Virus record (IMG/VR): IMGVR_UViG_3300032318_002733
Span: 1 to 54,992 of that record
DNA length: 54,992 bases
Reading direction: 5' to 3' (one strand)
Source: a virus
Lineage: Duplodnaviria > Caudoviricetes
Shown: piece after piece, positions 49,140-54,992 of the stretch
Position numbering within the stretch: the first letter of the stretch is position 1
Layout: every line of letters begins with the position of its first letter
Made by a program: the position numbers and the translations under genes
Notes under the pieces: model-generated
What the model saw: the letters and a program-made list of their open reading frames with translations, nothing else
What the model was told of the DNA's origin: nothing
The model's database searches: none

Positions 49140-50064
49140 GATATTAAGTCATATAATGCCTTGGGATATTGATTATGCTTTATTAATGGCTATTCAATTA
49201 AAAAAATCTAAATACTATTTACCTAAGGAAGAAAACATTACTGTTGATTTGGAATTGAACTTGACAAGTTATTTATATAATTGGGAAGAAAGCCAACTAC
49301 CTAAGGATTATTTTATAGATAAATTTAATACTTTACTTTTATTATTAAATGATTATAAAGTAAATACTTTCATATATGAAGGTGATAAAAAATATGGACA
49401 TTTAGACCATCAGAAAAAAGCCATATCTCCTGAGATAGATTATTATGTAAGTATATGCCCTGATACTTATTTTAGTGAATACGCTCTAACATATATGATT
49501 GAGGCAGCCAAACAAATAAAAAATAAATATTTTGTTATTACTCCCCAAGTATCTAAAGTAGGAGATAATGATTGGGATATAATAACCAATCCAGAATATT
49601 TAAATATACCTTATTCAGATTATTTAAAAGTAGATACTTTTGATATTAGATATAATAATAAAACAAAAGGTCAAACTATCCAAATAGAAGCTTTATCTAG
49701 AAGTAAATTTGCTGGGTGGTTTGACTTATATAATAAAGCCTTTTATGAAGAATTATGTCCTATTCAAAAAGAATGGACAGGATATGGTCCTTGGGATTAT
49801 TATTCAATGATTATCTCTAATTATGCTAAAGGTAATGGAGTTGATTATCAACAATATCTCTTGAGGGGAGAAACAATATGGATGTATCCATCAGGTCCGT
49901 TGTTGGAAAATAAAGCCGATGGATTTACTAAATATTATAGAGATAGATTAAAAATAAACAATGTTCCAAATCAAAGAATAGAATTTGAAAAACACTTGTC
50001 AAACTATATTTCTGTGGGAATAGAAAGCCTTAAACAAAAAAATATTATAACATATGGCTCATAA
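49129..50064 (+). CDS. Hypothetical protein, possible GT-A fold
   Basis: CPD and GYGPWD resemble GT2-type motifs; cluster context. Confidence 0.45.
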   Translation: MNIKILSHIMPWDIDYALLMAIQLKKSKYYLPKEENITVDLELNLTSYLYNWEESQLPKDYFIDKFNTLLLLLNDYKVNTFIYEGDKKYGHLDHQKKAISPEIDYYVSICPDTYFSEYALTYMIEAAKQIKNKYFVITPQVSKVGDNDWDIITNPEYLNIPYSDYLKVDTFDIRYNNKTKGQTIQIEALSRSKFAGWFDLYNKAFYEELCPIQKEWTGYGPWDYYSMIISNYAKGNGVDYQQYLLRGETIWMYPSGPLLENKADGFTKYYRDRLKINNVPNQRIEFEKHLSNYISVGIESLKQKNIITYGS

Positions 50065-50623
50065 AGAACAAATAAATTATGTAAACAAAGTAAAATCTCA
50101 ATTCCCTGAGTATTTCGAGAATAAAAAGGTTTTAGGAATAGGAACATTTAATGTTTGCGGAACTGAAGACCAATTTTTCAATAACTGTGATTATCAAGGT
50201 CTAGATTTAGGTCCAGGCCCCGGTGTAGATATTGTATGTCCTGCTCAAGAATATGATGCTCCAAATAACTCATATGATGTTATTATTTCATGTGAGTGTT
50301 TTGAACATAACCCATTTTATAAAGAAACAATCCAAAATACTTATAGAATACTTAAGTCTGGAGGGTTGTTTTTGTTTACTTGTGCTACTACTGGGAGACC
50401 AGTTCATGGAACCATTTCCTTAGAGGAAGAAAGCAAGAAAAAATTCTCTAATTGGAAAACAATGCCTAATGTTATAAGAGAAAATTGGGATAATGATTAT
50501 TATAAAAATTTAACAGAAGAAGATATTAGAAAATGCATTGATATTGATGCCTCATTTAGTAAATATGAATTTGAAGTAGAAACCAACCATTGTGATTTAT
50601 ATTTTTGGGGATTTAAAAAATGA
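50054..50623 (+). CDS. Class I SAM-dependent methyltransferase
   Basis: VLGIG, GLDL, YDVIISCECFEH, LKSGG. Confidence 0.85.
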   Translation: MAHKEQINYVNKVKSQFPEYFENKKVLGIGTFNVCGTEDQFFNNCDYQGLDLGPGPGVDIVCPAQEYDAPNNSYDVIISCECFEHNPFYKETIQNTYRILKSGGLFLFTCATTGRPVHGTISLEEESKKKFSNWKTMPNVIRENWDNDYYKNLTEEDIRKCIDIDASFSKYEFEVETNHCDLYFWGFKK

Positions 50624-50627
50624 TATT

Positions 50628-51539
50628 ATGATTTCTTTAATAATCCCAACCACAACCGTTAGTAAAAAATATACTAAAAACATATTAGAAAATATTAAAA
50701 ACATTTATCCTAATATTGAAATTATTGTTGAGGAAAATAATAATGTAGATTTAGCAACTAATTATAATAATGCTGTATCTAAAGCCACTGGTGATAAAAT
50801 TATTTTACTTCATAATGATATGTTTATCAAACCTGGTTTTGTTGAACAAATGGATAATGATATTTCTGAAAATAGAATAACTACATATACACGAATAGAA
50901 CCCCCAACATACAAAGACACATACCCAGGCAAAATAATTTTGGATTGTGGTGAGGACTTAGAATTTTTTAATAAAGAAAAATTCCTAGGTTTTAATATTG
51001 AAGAAAAATTAATTGATGGAGGTTCACAATTATTTTTTGGGTGTATGAAAAAAGATTATATAGGAATAGATAATAAAACTTTTTACCCCCCCCAAATGTG
51101 GTGTGCTGATGATGACCTTCATTTAAGGTACAAAATAGCAGGATTTGAACATAAAGTTAGTTCAGCCCATGTTTACCATTTTGTAAGTAAAACCTCAAGA
51201 ATAGGTAACTACCAAGAAACAGAACACCAATCAAACATAAATTTTATTAAAAAATGGGGATTTAGAAATTCAGAATACAATGTTGTTTACAATAAAAAAC
51301 TAATAACAACAAACACCCCCCCAGAACTAGAACAATTATTAAAATACTGGTTTAATAATGGAGAAGATATAATAGTTGAGATTAATGGAAATAATTTTAC
51401 CCAACAAGATTATATTTATATCCAACAACTAAATGACATAATAAAAACTTCAGGTGAAGTAGGACAATTTCAACTAGGAAACTTAAAAATAACTATTAAT
51501 AAATTAGAAGAACAACAAAATAAATACATTAAATTATGA
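50628..51539 (+). CDS. GT2 glycosyltransferase
   Basis: ISLIIP, LLHND, DDD, YHF. Confidence 0.8.
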   Translation: MISLIIPTTTVSKKYTKNILENIKNIYPNIEIIVEENNNVDLATNYNNAVSKATGDKIILLHNDMFIKPGFVEQMDNDISENRITTYTRIEPPTYKDTYPGKIILDCGEDLEFFNKEKFLGFNIEEKLIDGGSQLFFGCMKKDYIGIDNKTFYPPQMWCADDDLHLRYKIAGFEHKVSSAHVYHFVSKTSRIGNYQETEHQSNINFIKKWGFRNSEYNVVYNKKLITTNTPPELEQLLKYWFNNGEDIIVEINGNNFTQQDYIYIQQLNDIIKTSGEVGQFQLGNLKITINKLEEQQNKYIKL

Positions 51540-51694
51540 TATACGGTTTTTACAACAAACAAGATTCTACTAAGGAAACAATAGGAAAAGTAGTAGATAT
51601 ATCTAGGTTAGGAGCAGCAAAATGTTTTGCTAATCGAAAACAATTGTCTTTGAAAGAATTTTTAAAAATATTTGGTGTTAAACAAATTCTATGA
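51536..51694 (+). CDS. 52-aa hypothetical protein (not in ORF track)
   Basis: MIYGFYNKQDSTKETIG...; ATGA overlaps at both ends. Confidence 0.65.
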   Translation: MIYGFYNKQDSTKETIGKVVDISRLGAAKCFANRKQLSLKEFLKIFGVKQIL

Positions 51695-52050
51695 AACATA
51701 TAAATATAAATCCTAGGAAAACTAATTTATCTGAAAAAGATGAGTTTAAACAACTTATAGAGAGTTTAGAATTTTGTAATAAAAGGGATTTAGTTTTATT
51801 TGAAAATTTTGGAATAGATGTATCTTCTTATATTGACCCATATTGGTCTATTATAGAACAATTGATATTTTTAATGTATGGAGAAGTCAAAGCAGAAATA
51901 ATTTTATGGTGGTTATATCATAGGTTTGATGAAGAGGGTAATTTATTGCCTATTGAGTTGGATGAGGAAAATGAAGAAACAAAACAAGTGTATATAAAAA
52001 CAATTAATGAACTTTGGAATTTTTTAAAAAAACTAGATAAAAATGGATAA
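51691..52050 (+). CDS. Hypothetical protein
   Basis: 119-aa ORF. Confidence 0.65.
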   Translation: MKHININPRKTNLSEKDEFKQLIESLEFCNKRDLVLFENFGIDVSSYIDPYWSIIEQLIFLMYGEVKAEIILWWLYHRFDEEGNLLPIELDEENEETKQVYIKTINELWNFLKKLDKNG

Positions 52051-52294
52051 ACTATGTGTAAAGTGTAAACAACCCATACACCCTCTAAGACTGAAAGTAT
52101 TACCTAATACTACAAAGTGTGTAAGTTGTTCGGAGGTGCAGAAAAAAGGAGTTGTTACTGTGATGAAAGGAGAAGGTGACCATACTTGGATAGAAACCAT
52201 TCATTTGGAACACGAGGATTATAAAGCATATATTGAAGCTGAAAACAAGATCAGGAAAAATAAAACAAAATTACTTGATAATTTAGAAGATTAA
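52043..52294 (+). CDS. DksA/TraR-type C4 zinc finger protein
   Basis: CVKCKQPIHPLRLKVLPNTTKCVSC. Confidence 0.8.
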   Translation: MDKLCVKCKQPIHPLRLKVLPNTTKCVSCSEVQKKGVVTVMKGEGDHTWIETIHLEHEDYKAYIEAENKIRKNKTKLLDNLED

Positions 52295-52295
52295 A

Positions 52296-52940
52296 ATGCC
52301 TCTACCAAAACCCCTAGGAAAAGAAATTATATTAGCGGCCATGGCCAAAACTAAATCTGTTAGGGCTGGGGCAAGGTATTTGAATGTTTCATATACCCAT
52401 ATGAAAAAATGGATGAAATTTTATGAAGCAACAGAACCAGGTTATGCTAATTTATTTGAACAACACAAAAACCCCTCAGGTAAAGGAATTTCTAAGTTTT
52501 TAAGGGATGGACATTCTAAAAAAGATTTTGCTTTAAAAGATTTACTTGAAGGTAGAATAGACCCATCATCTTTTGACCCAAATAAAATTAAAAGACGATT
52601 AATAAAAGAAGGGTATTTAAAAGAAGAATGTAATAGGTGTGGGTTTAAAGAACATAGAGTTATAGATTATAAAGTACCTATTTTATTAAATTTTAAAAAT
52701 GGAAATAAACAACATTATACTCTAAATAATTTAGAATTATTGTGTTACAATTGTTTCTTCTTATACCAAGGAGATTTGTTTACAAACAAACAATTAGATG
52801 GTATTGAAGATCATGTTGTTAAAAATGAATCTAAAGTTGATTGGGAAATAGATTCTTATACTCAACAACGTTTAAAAGAATTAGGATTATATGAATCCAA
52901 ACCACCTGAAGATGGTAGCGAGTTTGTATCTCGTCTTTAA
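52296..52940 (+). CDS. HTH plus degenerate HNH-fold protein
   Basis: CNRCG...NLELLCYNC; the catalytic His residues are not evident. Confidence 0.6.
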   Translation: MPLPKPLGKEIILAAMAKTKSVRAGARYLNVSYTHMKKWMKFYEATEPGYANLFEQHKNPSGKGISKFLRDGHSKKDFALKDLLEGRIDPSSFDPNKIKRRLIKEGYLKEECNRCGFKEHRVIDYKVPILLNFKNGNKQHYTLNNLELLCYNCFFLYQGDLFTNKQLDGIEDHVVKNESKVDWEIDSYTQQRLKELGLYESKPPEDGSEFVSRL

Positions 52941-52961
52941 AAAATTTTAATATTTATTGGT

Positions 52962-53153
52962 GTGGGTAAGAAACAAATTCCTTTACTAAAAAGAGGAAAA
53001 CATAAAAAACATGATTCCATAGTGAATGATTTTGAAAATCAAAAACGAAATCAAATTGAAAAACTTTCAACAAAAATGTTGGAAAATCAAGAAAAATTTG
53101 ATAAATTGAGGGAAAAGCACATAAATACTAATTTTTTAAACTTATGGGACTAG
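52962..53153 (+). CDS. Hypothetical basic protein
   Basis: GTG start after TATTTATT at 52951. Confidence 0.55.
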   Translation: MGKKQIPLLKRGKHKKHDSIVNDFENQKRNQIEKLSTKMLENQEKFDKLREKHINTNFLNLWD

Positions 53154-53485
53154 AAATAACCGTTAACAATTCAGAAGAATTTCAAGAATTGGTTGATAAA
53201 AAAGATATTAGAATATCTAAGGCCATCGTTGATAGTATTTTAAAAAATATTAATACTTCTAAAAAACATATCCATGTTTTGTCTGTGAATTGTGTTGAAG
53301 AAGGTGAAATATTGGATTTAACAGCCGATAGAGCTAATTTTATTGATATTTTGAATGATAATCTTCCTGTCTATGAAAAAGAAGAATGGTATGAGGAATG
53401 TCAGAAAATAGTTGATTCTATCAATATTTTAAAATCCAAACCTACTGTAAAGAGGAGAGGAAGACCTAAAAAAGTTTCTGTATAA
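53144..53485 (+). CDS. Hypothetical protein with C-terminal AT-hook-like KRRGRPKK
   Basis: 113-aa ORF. Confidence 0.6.
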   Translation: MGLEITVNNSEEFQELVDKKDIRISKAIVDSILKNINTSKKHIHVLSVNCVEEGEILDLTADRANFIDILNDNLPVYEKEEWYEECQKIVDSINILKSKPTVKRRGRPKKVSV

Positions 53486-53486
53486 T

Positions 53487-53515
53487 TTGGTTTCCTCAAA
53501 TTTCTTTCGTATATT
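53487..53515 (+). promoter_or_regulatory. TTGG-N19-TATATT promoter
   Basis: TTGG at 53487, TATATT at 53510. Confidence 0.7.
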
Positions 53516-53535
53516 AAAAACACAACAATAAAGTT

Positions 53536-53835
53536 ATGAAAATTAATAAACAACAAATCAAAACAATCGCTATTCGATTTATGAACTCACTCATTGTAGT
53601 AACTACTTTGATTGCTGGGTTTGGGCTAGGGTATTATTTTCAAGAATTGAAAGTAAAACCTCAAGCAGTAAATGAAACCATCCTAAACAAAGAAGTAAGG
53701 ATTGCTGTAGACTCTGAAGACAAACTAATTATTATGGACCGCAAAACAGGTCAATATGTAATTTATAGCGATTCTGTAGGAAAAGCAGTATTTAAAATAT
53801 ATGCCTCTAAAATCGTAAGTACTGTAGAGCAATGA
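53536..53835 (+). CDS. Single-pass membrane protein
   Basis: Hydrophobic LIVVTTLIAGFGLGYYF. Confidence 0.65.
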   Translation: MKINKQQIKTIAIRFMNSLIVVTTLIAGFGLGYYFQELKVKPQAVNETILNKEVRIAVDSEDKLIIMDRKTGQYVIYSDSVGKAVFKIYASKIVSTVEQ

Positions 53836-54380
53836 ACTTTTTTGGAAAAATAAAACTTTGGTATATTATACTGGTAATAGGAATATTATCAGTTTTAATA
53901 TATGGAAAAATGAGTTTGGTATTGTATAATACAAACAAACGAATCGATTCTCTTGAACAGAAAATTAATTCTGTTGTTTCACTTCAAATGTATGAATCAA
54001 TCGAGAAATGGAGTGACAGTTTTGAGATTCCTAAATATGTTGCTTATAATATAGCATATAAAGAAACAGGCTATAAAGGCCCATTTCATTGGAATTATAA
54101 TCCGGCCCAACATTCGTTTGCAGGTGCTAAAGGGGCTATGCAAATTATTCCAAGGTATGCTCATTATTTTGCTGGTAAAAAAGTAACAGAAAATGAACTT
54201 TTATATAATGTAGATTTTAATGTTCAAATAAGTATGAAAATGCTCAAATATTGGCATAACATTTATCATGATTGGACATTGGTTGCAGGAGCATATAATT
54301 CAGGTAAACCAATTAAAAATGAATATGCTCTGTATGTTGGTTCAGTTAAAAACTATAAGGATAAATGGATTAAACTTTGA
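53832..54380 (+). CDS. SLT-family lytic transglycosylase with N-terminal membrane anchor
   Basis: ET, GAKGAMQI, AYNSG. Confidence 0.88.
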   Translation: MNFFGKIKLWYIILVIGILSVLIYGKMSLVLYNTNKRIDSLEQKINSVVSLQMYESIEKWSDSFEIPKYVAYNIAYKETGYKGPFHWNYNPAQHSFAGAKGAMQIIPRYAHYFAGKKVTENELLYNVDFNVQISMKMLKYWHNIYHDWTLVAGAYNSGKPIKNEYALYVGSVKNYKDKWIKL

Positions 54381-54404
54381 CATAATCATGTCGTATGTAT
54401 GTAT

Positions 54405-54551
54405 ATGGCAGGAAGAAAATCAACATCATCAGTACCAATAAAAGATCAAAACCCTAAAGTTAAAAGAAAAGGTATTCACGCTAAAACTAAAACTAGTAAA
54501 CTAAAACAAAGCAAATTATATAAAAAATTAAATGTAGGACAAGGAAAGTAA
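54405..54551 (+). CDS. 48-aa highly basic protein (not in ORF track)
   Basis: MAGRKST...KRKGIHAKTKTSKLKQSKLYKKLNVGQGK. Confidence 0.7.
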   Translation: MAGRKSTSSVPIKDQNPKVKRKGIHAKTKTSKLKQSKLYKKLNVGQGK

Positions 54552-54553
54552 CT

Positions 54554-54679
54554 ATGAGTAAAACTTCAAACAAACAAAAACTAGAAACTCTTAACATTTG
54601 GTTGAAAGAATTTCAAAAGAAATTTAAACCAAAGAAAAAACAACCTCAATGGTTAAAAGATTTGGAATATGAAGAATGA
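54554..54679 (+). CDS. 41-aa hypothetical protein
   Basis: MSKTSNKQKLETLNIWLK... Confidence 0.55.
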   Translation: MSKTSNKQKLETLNIWLKEFQKKFKPKKKQPQWLKDLEYEE

Positions 54680-54839
54680 TATTTATGAAAATATTTTTGA
54701 TTTTGTAAATAATGTTCCTGATGAGGTTTTAATCCAAATGACTATAAAAGATTGGAGATATATAGAATCTTTATGTTTGGCCCTTACTTTAGATATACAA
54801 GTATACACTGAATCAAAACAAAAACAATTATCTTCTTAA
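54669..54839 (+). CDS. 56-aa hypothetical protein
   Basis: MKNDIYENIFDFVNNVPDE... Confidence 0.55.
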   Translation: MKNDIYENIFDFVNNVPDEVLIQMTIKDWRYIESLCLALTLDIQVYTESKQKQLSS

Positions 54840-54871
54840 AATTTTAATATTTATAATAAATTACATTACTT

Positions 54872-54992
54872 ATGAAACAATCAGAACTAAGACAAATTAT
54901 CAGAGAAGAAATTTCTAAAGCCATCAACGAGGTAAATATTGCAAATGATGCCGCTAGTTTTTCCCAAAGTCAAAAAGTAGGATGTTGGGCAA
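54872..54992 (+). CDS. Leader-bearing protein (MKQSELRQIIREEISKAINE), 3' truncated by window
   Basis: TATTTATA at 54848; shared leader. Confidence 0.75.
   Translation, partial: MKQSELRQIIREEISKAINEVNIANDAASFSQSQKVGCWA

Overview
AT-rich segment of a large T4-like/jumbo dsDNA phage, standard genetic code, with all credible genes on the + strand. The host is probably Bacteroidota, judged from the TTGG-N19-TAYATT promoters and the absence of Shine-Dalgarno motifs. The window holds: the end of a virion/tail gene; a replication-recombination module (compact PolA-like protein, SSB, UvsX/RecA, 5'-3' exonuclease, DnaB helicase, intein-containing class II RNR, a PolB split by an endonuclease gene, clamp, clamp loader, dUTPase); a 7-deazaguanine pathway (TGT/DpdA-like, QueC, QueD, QueE, FolE2, plus a PRTase); GroES/GroEL; an 11-kb sugar-synthesis/glycosyltransferase cluster; a lytic transglycosylase; six free-standing endonuclease genes; and small genes sharing N-terminal leaders. 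Best candidate for an undescribed system: two unrelated genes, queD and a GT4 glycosyltransferase, each overlap the 3' end of a free-standing endonuclease gene and read exactly 27 codons through a long stem-loop. Each then hits a stop codon inside a 4-nt or 6-nt insertion in a conserved motif, after which the intact gene resumes. This looks like a miniature version of the T4 mobA / gene 60 endonuclease plus ribosomal-bypass cassette. All calls are from motif recognition and by-eye base pairing; no searches or folding programs were run.
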